Positions 1-12,419 of a DNA stretch of 64,000 nucleotides are shown here, piece by piece. The stretch lies in NCBI RefSeq assembly GCF_963921235.1, contig NC_086097.1, positions 206,462,001-206,526,000 on the forward strand, written 5' to 3'. Source of the stretch: Mobula hypostoma (taxonomy: Eukaryota). The notes under the pieces are model-generated. The model was given only the letters and a program-made list of their open reading frames with translations. It was not told the DNA's origin and did not search any database. Every line of letters begins with the position of its first letter. Position 1 is the stretch's first letter. The position numbers and the translations under genes were made by a program.

Positions 1-458
1 TCAGGCAAACACTGCAAAAAAATCAGTGTAACCAAAAAATCAGCACAAAAATATAACAGTACAATAATGAAAAAAACAGAATTATGTTTGGTGGTGTATG
101 ATTCATTGAATTGTTTCTCAATCCACTACTTTGGCCACTTCTGTTTATTACTAATGGAATGATTGTACCTAATAAAAGCACTAGAAAGCAACAATCACTA
201 CTGTTGCTAAGTTACACAGTTCTGATATATCCCAATTAGCCACAGATTACTGGACATGGTGAAAATGCACGTTTACCTAACAATGTCTTTTTTATGCCAT
301 GCTGAAAAACATCATTGAAAGGAGTATACGTCATTGGAATATTGTTATAATTATAATGATGTACTGAAACGCCTATTTGGACTTGCTATCTATTTAAAGA
401 ATAGTTCCAAAAAAGCTACTGGACTTCACTCTGACATGGGTTATCTTTTTAGCATTAC

Positions 459-652
459 CTAACAAATGCCGGTGGTTTTCCATATTATCTGCCTTTGCCA
501 TAATCTCGTCACAGTCTTTACCATCCTTACTTTCTTCTTCACAGTCCTTGCTGGGACTGTAGTGACGTGGTTTCATCAGCAGGGATTTTCTTTTGTTCAC
601 TGATGCTCCCAGTTCCATTTCTTGTACCTTTCTCCTCTTTGCCAGAGAACAG
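459..652 (-). CDS. ST18: ST18 coding exon 3 (194 nt, phase 2 to phase 1): (S)CSLAKRRKVQEMELGASVNKRKSLLMKPRHYSPSKDCEEE...HRHLL
   Basis: Minus-strand acceptor ctgttttccctcccttaaatgtttcatag|C and donor TTAG|gtaatg. The peptide VNKRKSLLMKPRHYSP is the ST18 N-terminal motif as I recall it. Phase matches the 31-nt exon upstream. Confidence 0.92.
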
Positions 653-1009
653 CTATGAAACATTTAAGGGAGGGAAAACAGAACAATTATACAAATTTTA
701 TTTTTGGAAGCGACACAATCTTTGAATATTACTGCCAGAATGGAGTCGACTCCAGCCAATAAAGACCAACGCATGATAGCAGAAACATATGAAGTTTGGG
801 AGCAACAGTGTTGGCAGTAGATGTCACCGTATTTAATTCTACTTGTTCAAATTGTGCATGATTGTAGGTGGTTGCATGTGACTCTTAACATGTTCACTAT
901 TACTAAGGCTTGGTAAGTGTATTGTACCAGGAACGTATTCACTTGATAGTTTGATATGATTGCCTACTTTGAAAATGGGTAGATATTCATGCTCTTATTT
1001 CCTTGTAAC

Positions 1010-1410
1010 ATAGAACAAGCCCATTTGACACATCAAAGATTTTCTAGCTAACAGAGCAATCATCACTCTAATTTCCCCACTTATTTACTTGTTACTTATT
1101 CTCTTACACAAGGCCATTGAGAATCTTGATTCTTTCACCAATCACCTACTGTACATTATCAGCAATAACCTGACAAGCAGCAAATCCTCCTTAGGATGTG
1201 GCAGGAAACTGGGGCATCTGGGGTAAACCTTCATGGTCACAGGAAAGTGTGCAAGCACCACTCAGTTAAAACCAAAGCTACAGGAAAGATGCCGTTAAAC
1301 TGGATATAGTGCAGCAAAGATTTTCAAGGATGTTGCCAGTGGTAAGAATAGAACCCAATTCACTGGAGCTTTGAGGCAGCAGCACTACCTGCAGTGCCAC
1401 CGTGCCATAC
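1010..1410 (-). mobile_element. Degraded V-SINE (HE1-like) containing a short CR1 fragment (~1278-1341)
   Basis: Reverse complement resembles the V-SINE core (ggatgtggcaggaaactgg...gtcacaggaaagtgtgcaagcacc) and a B-box-like gaacccaatt. Confidence 0.6.
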
Positions 1411-1444
1411 CGTGTCAAGTTTAAAGGCTTTATTGTAGGAATCG

Positions 1445-1750
1445 GCAAATTAAAATTTCACATAAACTCTGCCATGTACAATCCCAAGGCTGGCTGCAAA
1501 AGGAGGAGAGTTGGTATGGGGCTAGCAACCCCATTCCGTAAAAACCCAGATCTACAGAAATGCCAGCGTAAGGTTCAAGGACCTCTTCCCTGGGACAGGA
1601 AGGTACTTCACCTAGAAGATATATGAAGTTGTGTGGTAAATGTGGAAGCCACAGTGCCAATCAATCTTCCAACAGCTCAGGACAGAGGACTTCAGGTAGC
1701 TGCTGTTGACAGCCTATACCCCAGTAGGGGTGATGTGTTTAAGAAGATGA
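1445..1750 (+). mobile_element. Short RTE-derived non-autonomous element (5' end joined to 3' end)
   Basis: RTE-like leader gggctagcaaccccattccgtaaaaaccc followed by an RTE-like ORF end/3' tail (gctcaggacaga...agcctataccccagtaggggtgatg). Confidence 0.55.
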
Positions 1751-2215
1751 AGAATTCACATAGTTTCAAGAATTTAATTACAATTTGCAAATATATATAA
1801 ATTCTACTTTCCAGATTGTATTTCTACAAGGTGATCTTGAGAAGCTGAATACATGGATTGAGAAATGGTAACTGGAATTTAATTTAAATAAGTGCAAAGA
1901 GTAGCATTTTGGATAATCAAGTCAATGAAGGGCTTTCACAATGAATGACAAAGCCATGGGGAGTGCTGTAGAACAAAGGCCCCTTGGATTTCGGGTACAT
2001 GCTCCCTGATAATGGAACCACAGATAGACAGGGTGGTTAAGAAGGCTTTCAGCATGCTGGCCTTCATCATTCAGGGCAATGAGTGAAGAAGTTAAGAGGT
2101 TATGGTGTGGTTTACAAGATGCTGGTAAGCACTAGTCGTAATGCTACAGGAAAGATGTTATTTAATGGGCAAGAGTGCCAAAATTATTTACAAGAATGTT
2201 GCCAGGAATTGATAA

Positions 2216-2998
2216 TTGAAGAACTCAGAATGATATTGCAGCACCAGAGAGACATTAGGGACTGCTGTGTACTTTACTTCTTGGGAATGTGGCTCTCCCT
2301 TACCATTTTGGATGCTGCACTACAGCACAATGGCTTCACCATTCTCCTCAAAGAAACACTAGAAACATAGAAACATAGAAAATAGGTGCAGGAGTAGGAC
2401 ATTCAGCCCTTCGAGCCTGCACCGCCATTCAGTATGATCATGGCTGATCATCCAGCTCAGAACCCTGTACAGCCTTCCCTCCATACCCCCTGATCCTTTT
2501 AGCCACAAGGGCCATATCTAGCAAAGGCAGGACAACTGAGTCTTTTAAAGGTAGAGGAGCTGTATGAGAAATCACTGTGTTGCATAGACATGGCAGTTCT
2601 GTCACAATCCTGCTCACCTGACCTGGAACATCTAGTGGTCAAGTGTTTGCCGTTTTATCTGCCTAGGGAGTTTTTCACCATCAACCTGTTAGCAGTATAC
2701 ATTTTACCTCTGACCAACATCAGGCAAGCACTGGAGGAGCTGAGCACCGTGATCAGCAGTCACAAAACAGCTTCTTCCTCTCCGCCATCAGATTTCTGAA
2801 TGAACAATGAACCCATGTACACTAGCTCACTGTTTAGTCATTTTTTTTGCACTGATTTCATTATATATATATTTCTTATTGTACTTTATAAGTTTTTATT
2901 CAGTTTTTGTTAATATGTATTGCAATGTACTGTGACAGTAAAACAACAAATTTCATGACATAAGCCAGTAACATTAAATCTGATTCTCATTCTGAGTC
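2216..2998 (+). mobile_element. Internally deleted Rex1/Babar LINE (APE fragment plus 3' tail)
   Basis: APE-like peptide SCSPDLEHLVVKCLPFYLPREF..AVYI; tail aaaacaacaaatttcatgaca...ctgattctcattctg. Confidence 0.75.
2355..2520 (-). mobile_element. Young CR1 3' tail nested in the Rex1/Babar element
   Basis: (agaaacat)n terminal repeat; near-identical to 35867-36030. Confidence 0.85.
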
Positions 2999-3689
2999 TG
3001 CATTATAGGAAGAGGTTGGACGGCTGAGTACTCTTTTCTTGAAACAAGGGGGACTGAAATATGATCTTAAAAGGCCGTTGGACTGGTACAAGCATAGGAA
3101 TGGTTTATAAGAATATGGGCCAAACCCAGGCAGCTTAGATGGGCATTTTGGTCAGCTTAGATCAGTTGTGCTGCAGGGCCTGTTTCTATGCTGAATAACT
3201 TTATACGAATTTTGTTTTATTTATTCTTTTTGAGGGATCTGTATGTCAGTAACAATGCCAGCATTATTGCCTATTCCGTAGTTTTTGGAAACTAACTTAA
3301 TTAAACTGGGGTATACTGAATATTAGTATCACTCATTTTAGTCATATTTCCCAAGTGACAAACTAAAGCTTACTTTGTCCTGTCTCATGCTCTCATTCAC
3401 TGAAAACATCATGACTGTGGAAATTGAAGAATTTTGAGAAATTCTTCAAACATTTTACTTAATTATGAGAACCACAAAGGTATCCAATGAAATTTAAGAA
3501 ACAACTTTTCAAATATCTGTATTGTGATTTTTTTTTTCAGAAATAAAACTTGAATAGTAATAAAAATTGACAGCAAAAGCAGTATAGCATTGAATTAGGC
3601 ATTAATTTAATGCTCAAGCAAACTTCAGCATACCTCCTGGTAACCTTGAATATCGCAACACAACTAGTAACTAATACATGTAAGTTGAT

Positions 3690-3803
3690 GTTTTGATGTT
3701 TGCAGTTTATAGATTTGCTAAGTATGCCCGTAGGAAAAGAATCCCAGGGTTGTATGTGGTGACGTGTATGTACTCTGATAATAAATTTTACTTTCAACTT
3801 TGA
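3690..3803 (+). mobile_element. Rex1/Babar-type 3' tail fragment
   Basis: aatcccagggttgtatgtggtgac...gataataaattttactttcaactttga; the same tail occurs at 18750-18820 and 32890-32990. Confidence 0.7.
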
Positions 3804-4756
3804 TATAAATTGAAACCTGCATCTTTATTTGCGCTTTCATTAGATTACAGCTTATTGAAGTATTGTAGTTGTTCAGATGCTAATGTCTGCCATATTGAAA
3901 GTAGCAGCTGACATGTGGGTGTCATTTGCTGAACTGTACCCTTCACAGGTGGTGCCACAGATACAGGTGAAACACCATTCCATAACTGAAGATCCACATG
4001 GAAATTGGAATGCTCACACAACCAGCAGGAAGGAGAGAAAACATTCATTAGAAAATGACTCCTCTTTTGGGCAAAATGTCATCATTTATCATTTTAACAG
4101 AATAATTAGCAGGAATACAATTTGTTGAGTTTCTCAGCAGTTTAACATATCCATTTTCACATTTGATAGTGACAAATAATGTGAAGTCTTGAAGGGCTCC
4201 ATATCCTGCGCGATCATCACCATAGCAGAATTCTCAGCTGTTATAAGCAAAATTGTCTCCTTGTCGCTACTTGATTTTGATCTTTCTAAACATGTGTGTT
4301 TGCGGGTGTGCTGGCAGGGCCAGTATTTATCACTCATTTGTCAACACCCTTGAGAAATAGATGGAGAACTAACACCTTGACCCATTGTAGTCCTTGTGGT
4401 GAAGTTGCATGCCCTGTATCAGTTCTGAAACACTCGAGTTACATAAAGGTATATACTAGTTTTTAACAATGGACATAATAATCATTAATAATCCATTTGT
4501 TACCATTAGTTTGAGACTGTGCTTCCTGAGAACACTTTCCTGATACTTGTTCTCAATTAAAGTGCTCTAACACATTTAGTTTAACTATTAGATAATTGAT
4601 TCAAACTAGACTATATAATTAGCTCCTGAATTCACTTACTTAATAACTTAATATTGCTGACAAAACCAAAGTAATGCTCAGAGGGCAAAGGACTTTGTAA
4701 GTACTTCTTACAAGTGCCATTTTTAGTTTTTAGTTTTATCCTTATCACTCTCTATA

Positions 4757-5293
4757 TACTCAGTGGCCACTTTATTAGGTACACCTGTGCAGCTGTCGTT
4801 AATGCAAATATCTAATCAGCCAATCATGAGGTAGCAACTCATTGCATAAAAGCATGCAGACATGGTTAAGAGGTTGAGTTGTTGAACAGACCAAATATGA
4901 GAATGAGAACAGACCAAATATGAGTGACTTTGACTGTGGAATAATTGTTGGTGCCAGACAGGGTGGGTTGAGTATCTCACAAACAGCACAAGTAGTACTC
5001 ATTGCAAGTGATGTAACAGATACAGGTGAAACACTGATTTTCACATACACCAGACTCTACACGTTACAGAAAAGAATCCAGTGAACAACAGATCGGTGGG
5101 CCAAGACACCTTGTTAATGAGAGAGGTCAGAGGGGAATGGCCAGACTGGATCAAGTTGACAGGAAGGTGACAGTAACTCAAATAACCATGTGTTACAATA
5201 GTGGTGTGCAGAGAGGCATCTCTGTTAAGAACCTTGAAGCGGATGGGCAACAGTAGCAGGAGGTACAGTACCTAATAAATTGTCCACAGAGTG
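4757..5293 (+). mobile_element. Tc1/mariner non-autonomous element
   Basis: TIRs tactcagtggccactttattaggtac / gtacctaataaattgtccacagagtg flanked by TA; internal transposase remnant SDFDCGIIVGARQGGLSIS. Confidence 0.88.
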
Positions 5294-6109
5294 TACACAG
5301 TTTCGTCACACCCTTCATTCCACGCCCACTGAGGAGGTAAGTGTGACCAACATGAATTGTGTGACAGATGACAGATTTCCTTCCTCCCTGTTACAATTAT
5401 TGTTCCTAAACATGAACTGTACCACAGGGTAATATTGGGTGGCCAAAGACCCCCATACTGTTTCAGTATCTGCACCTGATTGAATTTGAAAGGATTGTTG
5501 GAATTTAAATTACATGCAAATTAATGTGCATCAGCAGATTGCTCGTATTTCCTCTAATAGAATTTGATGCAGATCTTGGCCAGTCTCCTGACACTTCCTA
5601 AATTATCATTTAGGTCTGTCTAAGCTTGAAGTAACAGCTATTATTAAGAAGGGCGTTTAAGTTTTACTAGATAAATGAAGATTTTATTGGAATTTGCAGA
5701 TGAACACTGTTGGGCCCATTCATTTTGTGACATATTGTTCCTACACCCTCATTCTTCACATCCCAACCTAATTTTAAGATTGGTGGAAAGTCTGTGATTT
5801 CTGATCTCAGTCCCTCTGCACCCTTACGTGTGCCTGGTACTCATCAGAGAAAGAAAAAATATGTGCCCCATTGATAAAAGTCTGTTTCCTTGATCACAAG
5901 GGTTAAGTGGCACTGGAGATGCAACCAGTATCCATCACTATGAAAATGAGGTTGATCCCAGAACAACTAGTAATGAAAGTCTCTACTCAGCATCTCTGCA
6001 TTGATACCTGCGGTTTTTCACAGCCACAGACCATCAGCAAACTTCAGGAGCACTATGAAGGAAGGTGTAGCAATATGGCTGCTTTTGAATCCATGCCAAC
6101 AAGCTAAGC

Positions 6110-8330
6110 TTTAAGACCATAAGTCCGTTAGAGTAAGGCTATTCAACCCCTCAGTCGTGGTCTGTTATTCAAAGGGATCATGGTTGATCTGACATTCCTA
6201 TATCCATTAGAGAATTTCAATTGTTCACTCCTCTCTGTGAGAAGAAATTCTCAGAGACCTCAGTTTAAAATACCTTCCTAATTTTATAACTATGTTTTTT
6301 TGTTTGAGACTCAGTTATGAAAACATCTCAACATCTACCCTATCATGTCATTATTAGGATCTTAAATGTTTCAATAAAATCATCCCTCATCTTTTAACTA
6401 TAACTTTTTTAGTCATTCATTCTGTCACAATGTTCTTATCCCAGAAATTAGCGCTGCTGGACAATCACCAGTGCTAGTATATCCTTCTGTAAATAAGTGA
6501 AAATATAACTTTTCATAGTAGTTCAGGTATAGCCTCAGCAGTAACAAAATGTTATATTTCTGAACACCTACCCTTTGTAAGAAAACAACATGCCATTTGC
6601 CTTGCTAACTATTTTGTTTTTCACCTGCGTGCTAATATTTTTCTATCCATTAGAATGCTTTGATCCCTCTCTACTCTTTATTTTTAGATAATAGCGTGTC
6701 TTTAGATTCCTTCCATTGATGTGTAGTTTCCTGCATTACACTGCACTTGCCAAGTTTTTTTCTCACTCACTCAACAAATCCTTTCTTGTTGCAATGTCTA
6801 AATATCCATGCTGCACCATGCTCTCCATCTACTTGTGTGTCATCAGCAAAATTGGACATTACCCTCTGCCCCCTCCACCAAGTTATTACACAGTTATAGG
6901 CAAACAAGTAATCTTTGGGATACTTTACTAGTTAGTTATCTTCATCCTTAAAAGAGCCATTAGTTCCAATTCTGTAGGATCTACATGATAAACAGTCTTC
7001 AGTCCATATTAATACACTCCTCCTAATTTTGTGAGGTCTAATATTGTGTCTTTGATGTGGCACCTTACTTAAATGCTCATTACCTTCCTCATCTCAGTCT
7101 AAAGTGAGTGCAACCTTATTCTGAGGCCAAGGTTTAAACGTTTATGATACCTTATTGCCTGAGAATCTTATATGTTTCTATAGGATTGATTCTCATTCTT
7201 CCAAACTCCAGTGAGTAGAATCCCAACATGCTTATTGTTTTTGTCATTGGACAATACCCCTATACTGACCCTAAGAACATCTAAGTGTATCTTTTCTATA
7301 ATGACTCCAATGAAATAATATTTTCTCTTACACAGAAGGATAAAGTCTATTCAGAATTATCCAGTAGTGGGCTCCCTTGGGCCTTGTTCAGCTATAGTAA
7401 TATTTCCTTTTGGTTATTTTCTAATCCACATGATATAAAGGCCAACATTCCATTAGATTTCCCTATTGCCCACTGCACTCGAGTTTACGTGGATATTTCT
7501 GTGTTTCACGCACAAGGATCTCTAGATCTCTTTCTGCTGCAGATTTCTGCAGTTTTGTTTTATTGTCCATTTAGTTAATACTCTGTCCCTTTGTTTCTCC
7601 TTCCAAAATGCACAAGCTCATAGTTTTCCCTAATTACACTCCACTTGTCAATGTTTTGCCCACTAACTTCACTTACCTATTTCTCTCTAATCTATTTTGT
7701 ATCCTCCTCACAGCTTGCCTTCCCTCTGGTTTTGTTTTTTTTTTCCTTTTATATATTGTGTTCCCTGCAGTGGTACCCACTGTTCATAAGTTACCGGTTT
7801 GAAAATGATCCCTTTATTCATACTTGTTTCTTCCTGTCTAATTGCCAGCCCTCTATCCCTGTCAATATATTATCTCCAACATCATTGACTCTAATCTTGT
7901 GAGTTAATCTTTCTGTGAGGCCTTTGCCAAAAGCCTTCATCTACTGGTTCCCAACTTTCCATTCTGGTGAAACCCTCAAAATGGAATAATCGATTTGTCA
8001 GGTAGAATTTGCCTTCTTAAAAACTATGATGAATCTGCTTCATTGGATTATGTCTTTCCAAATGTGCTGCCATTATTAATTCCTTATTAATTGTCATTTC
8101 TCTAAATATCGATGTTAGGCTATTCACACAATAGTTATCCTCTTTTTGCTGTCCTCCCTTTTTTGAATGTTTATACAGGTACCTCTCTAATCATTTTACT
8201 GTGCTCCCAAATTTTTGGATTTCTGGAAGATTACAACAAATACCTCCACGATTTCAGCAGCTTGATCTGTGGATTTAAACTATCTGATCCAGGGAACATA
8301 TACATATATAATCCTTTGGCCCCCATTAGC
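6110..8330 (-). mobile_element. Old, heavily decayed CR1 LINE fragments (probably two copies)
   Basis: Degenerate CR1 3' UTR at ~6110-6200 followed by decayed reverse-complement ORF2 sequence resembling younger CR1 copies in the window. Confidence 0.6.
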
Positions 8331-8594
8331 TTGGCAAGACTTACGACAGTTCCATTTAGAGCATACTAGGGGAGGCAATAGTTAAATCTCACTCAAGATT
8401 TGTACTACAGAATATTTGGTCTTTCTCATGTTATTCTCTATGGTATTTTGGTTTGGTCAAATTGCCATCATAATTGAATATTACAACCTTAGTTACAGAT
8501 CAGAAGTGCATCTTTGACCGGATGTTTCTGATAAGGCCATGCTACATAAATATATATTGAAATGTTTTTTAGATAATTGTGCCAAATATTGGAT

Positions 8595-8750
8595 GAGAGA
8601 TAAGTATTGGCCAAAATACCACTGTACTCTTCTTAGAACAGTACCACAGGATCTCTCTGGCCAATCTTAGAAGGTAGAAGGAAGTAGATTTAATTTCTAA
8701 TCAAAATTTCACACCGCTATCAGTGTAACACCCCCTGAGATTATACTGAG
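8595..8750 (-). mobile_element. Deu-domain SINE relic (SacSINE1/AmnSINE1-like)
   Basis: gataagtattggccaaaatacc...ctcttcttagaacagtaccacaggatct...cagtgtaacaccccctg resembles the reverse complement of the recalled Deu core. Confidence 0.5.
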
Positions 8751-8809
8751 CTTGTATTTTGTCAGTAAGACGTCCTCCTCCATCGTTTTACTTACAATGC
8801 TGTGACTGT

Positions 8810-10182
8810 CATAGAAACATAGAGAAATAGAAAACCTAAACCCCAATACAGGCCCTTCAGCCCACAATGCTGTGCAGAACGTGTACTTACTTCAGAAATT
8901 ACCTAGGATTACACATAGCCCTCTTTTTTTCTAAGTTCCATGTACCTATCCAGGAGTCTCTTAAAAGACCCTATCCTATATGCCTCCACCAACGTGGCCA
9001 GCAGCCCATTCCACGCACTCACCACTCTCTGCGTAAAAACACTTATCCCTGACATCTCCCCTGTACCTACTTCCAAGCACCTTAAAACTGTGCCCTCTCA
9101 TGTTGCTATTTCAGCCTTGTGGTAAAAGCCTCTGACTATCCACACTATCAATGCCTCTCATCGTCAAATATATCTCTATCAGGTCACCTCTCATTCTTCG
9201 TTGCTCCAAGGAGAAAAGGCTATGTTCACTCAACCTATTCTCATAAGGCATGCTCCCCAATCCAGGCAACATCCTTGTAAAACTCCTCTGCACCTTTTCT
9301 ATAGTTTCCACATCCTTCCTGTAGTGAGGTGACCAGAACTGAGCACAGTACTCCAAGTGGGGTCTGACCAGGGTCCTATATAGATGTAACATTACCTCTC
9401 AGCTCTTGAACTCAATCCTATAGTTGATGAAGGCCAACACACCGTATGCTTTCTTATCACACAGTCAATCTGCGCAGCAGCTTTGAGTGTCCTATGGACT
9501 TGGACCCCAAGATCCTTCTGATTTTCCACATTACCAAGAGTGTTACCATTAATACTATATTCTGCCATCATATTTGACCTACCAAAATTAACCACCTCAC
9601 ACTTATCTGGGTTGAACTCCATCTGCCACTTCTCAGCCCAGTTTTGCATCCTATTGATGTCCTGCTGTAACCTCTGACAGCCCTCCACACTATCCACAAC
9701 ACCTCCAACCTTTGTGTCATCAGCAAATTTAATAACCCATCCCTTCACTTCCTCATCCAGGTCATTTATAAAAATCACGAAGAGAGGGGATCCCAGCACA
9801 GATCCCTGAGGCACACCACTGGTCACTGACCTCCATGTAGAATATGACCTGTCTATAACGACTCTTTGCTTTCTGTGTGCAAGCCAATTCTGGATCCACA
9901 AAGGAAGGTTCCCTTGGATCCCATGCCTCCTTACTTTCTCAATAAGCCTTGCATGGGGTACCTTATCAAATGCTTTGCTGAAATCCATATACTCTACATC
10001 TACTGCTCTACCTTCAGCAATGTGTTTAGACACATCATCAAAAAATTCAATCAGGCTTGTCAGGCACGACCTGCCTTTGATAAAGCCATGCTGATTATTC
10101 CTAATCATATTATGCCTCTCCAAATGTTCATAATCCTGCCTCTTAGGATCTTCTCCATCAATTTACCAACCACTGAAGTAAG
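8810..10182 (-). mobile_element. 5'-truncated young CR1 (HER1-like) LINE, RT domain plus 3' UTR
   Basis: ORFs 9392-10123 and 9111-9392 with QHGF, YMDFSKAFDKVPH, GVPQGSVLG, FADDT, LVRPHLEYC; (atagaaac)n tail. Confidence 0.95.
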
Positions 10183-10501
10183 TCCCTGAGGATAATGCTC
10201 CTTTATATAAAAATGCAGATGGAATATAATACTAATAAAATGGTTAAGAAATTGTCCTTTGGTAATATGTTTGGCATTTTTGAAAGGCATTTCTTATTGT
10301 ATTTTTATGGTGTCCTATTTAATTCTTTTGAATTGCCTTGTTATAAGCAACTTTTTTTTAACTGGATCCCTCTGAGTCTATACAAACCCGGAAGAATTTA
10401 TTCAAACTAATTGATTAGTTTGGTTTTATGGCTGTTTGTTGCTTGGTAGCTTTTAAAAAAGCTAATAAATATGTTGGTGGGTTTTTGGTGAATTAGTATT
10501 A

Positions 10502-11544
10502 CAGGTGCACATTCCTTTATCCGAAATTCTGAAATCCAAAAAGCTCCAAAACTGAAGTTTTTTTCGCCAACAGCTGACGTCACTCAGGTGTGACGTGGCA
10601 GCACTAACAGAGGCCGCCAGATGTCAGTTGTGGCTCAACGCTCACACCTGCATTTGATGTTCGCTGTTATTTTGTGTTCACTGTTGACTTTGTGTTTAAT
10701 TTCACTGTGAAAATGTCAAAAAGAACTGCAGATACCCCTATGAGTAACTATGAGAAGACAGAAAGCGGAGTTATTGCAGAAGTTTGATCGTGGTGTGTCT
10801 GTGCGGCGTCTTACTGAAGAAAATAGTGTTGGAACTACCACTGTATATGATTTAAATAAACAAAGACAAGTTACTGAAGTTTTATAGTGACAGTGACACT
10901 GACATTCTACATTTAGTCCAATAAGTCATTTACCATGTGTTTGATTGGGTTTGTTTGAAGCTGTATATTTTTATGTTTTATAGGACATAGAACATAGAAA
11001 ATAGAATAGTACAGCACAGTACAGGCCCTTCAGCCCACGATGTTGTGCCGACCCTTAAACCCTACCTCCCTATAGAAAAAAAAACAAAAAAAGGAACTGG
11101 GCAGTCCACTTTGAGGATACAACCAAAAAAAACATAAAGAAAGACTTTCTGATCAAATCTAAAACTTCAGAAAAAAAGATTGAAAGAGTAAGAAATCAAA
11201 TTAAATGAAAATATTATTGATTTATTGAATGATTTTGTTGGAAATACATTTTTTCTTGTCATTATTCCCTAAACAATACAGTACAACAACTATTTACATA
11301 GCATTTACATTGTATTAGGTATTATAAGTAATCTAGAGATGATTTAAGGTATACGGGAGGATGTGCATAGGTTTAGTGCTCCGCTAGGTCCTAAAGTCCA
11401 CTGCACTGCAATAGGTTAAATAAGGGACTTGAGCATATGTGTTTTTTGGTATCAGGGTGGGGGGGGGGGGTCTGAAATCCGAAAATTTCTGAATTCCAAA
11501 ATGCAACTGGCCCCAAGGATTTCAGATAAGGGATTGTGGACCTG
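10502..11544 (+). mobile_element. Tigger/pogo-family non-autonomous DNA transposon (with a CR1 tail at ~10983-11075)
   Basis: TIRs caggtgcacattcctttatccgaaa / tttcagataagggattgtggacctg with TA on both sides; transposase start MSKRTADTPMS at 10713, then LLQKFDRGVSVRRLTEENSVGTTTVYDL. Confidence 0.9.
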
Positions 11545-11675
11545 TAATTTCAAATGACCTATATTTAAACAGGACAACAATTATTTATGATGATTAAGTA
11601 AGTCCATACTTGTAATGTTTTATCAATGTGATAATGAATTTAAATTGTTGATGAACTGCTGCTTTATGGAACTGC

Positions 11676-11985
11676 AGATCTGGGTTCAATCCCGATCACA
11701 GATGCCATCTTTGTGGAGTTTGCATTTTCTCCTGTGACTGCGCGACATTCTTCTGGGTGATCTGTCTCCTCCAACATCCTGAAGACACACAGATTGACCA
11801 GGTTGTTATGTTAATTGGCCACCGCAAAATTCCACTGGAGTACATGTTCATGGTGGAATTGGGGAGGGGTGAATGATGAGCATGTGGAGAAAATTAAAAG
11901 AAGAGGATTAGTGTAAATGGGTGGTTGATAATCAGTGCAAATTCAGCGAGCTGATTCATGGTTTTTGTGCTGTATGGCTCTGATA
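11676..11985 (+). mobile_element. V-SINE (HE1-like tRNA-derived SINE)
   Basis: B-box gggttcaatccc, V core tgtggagtttgcattttctcctgtgactgcg...ttaattggcc, CR1-like 3' tail. Confidence 0.8.
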
Positions 11986-12419
11986 AAATTAACCTATTTT
12001 TGAGTATGTTTCTGTTCAAATCAGTTGTCTGTTGCTAAACAGAAATTCCATCATAACCAACCCAATACAATTTCGCAATGTTATATTAAAAAGTAAAAGT
12101 ATTTTGAAACATTCTATTATGTATTTTAGTGATATATTGATATGTTTATTAATAGAACTGGAAATATAATAACTCCAAATATTAATTTTAAACCTTAGTG
12201 TCAATCCTTTAATTTTACAGTACTGATGACATTTATATATGCAAAATTATTTTACAGAATAAATTTAAAAACAGTGTAAAACTTTCCTGTTGTATATACT
12301 AGTGTACTTGCCCGCCCCCCCACCAAAAAAAATGCAGTTTAACCTATTGAATCTGAATAATTGCCTACGATCAAAGAGCTTATACCAAAAACAATTTTCA
12401 ATATCTTTCACTTCCAATG

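Larger units (their letters stand above)
1810..3205 (+). mobile_element. Decayed CR1 LINE 3' part, interrupted by a Rex1/Babar insertion (~2216-2998)
   Basis: CR1 ORF2 C-terminal remnants (W.EKW..EFN..KC; DRVVKKAF.MLAFI) at 1810-2215, resuming at ~3000 and ending in a CR1 3' UTR (agggcctgtttctatgctg). Confidence 0.75.

Noticed and set aside
394..663. 89-aa ORF as a standalone gene
   Set aside because: It is ST18 exon 3 read through both splice sites; the MFH start and the NAKK... tail are intronic.
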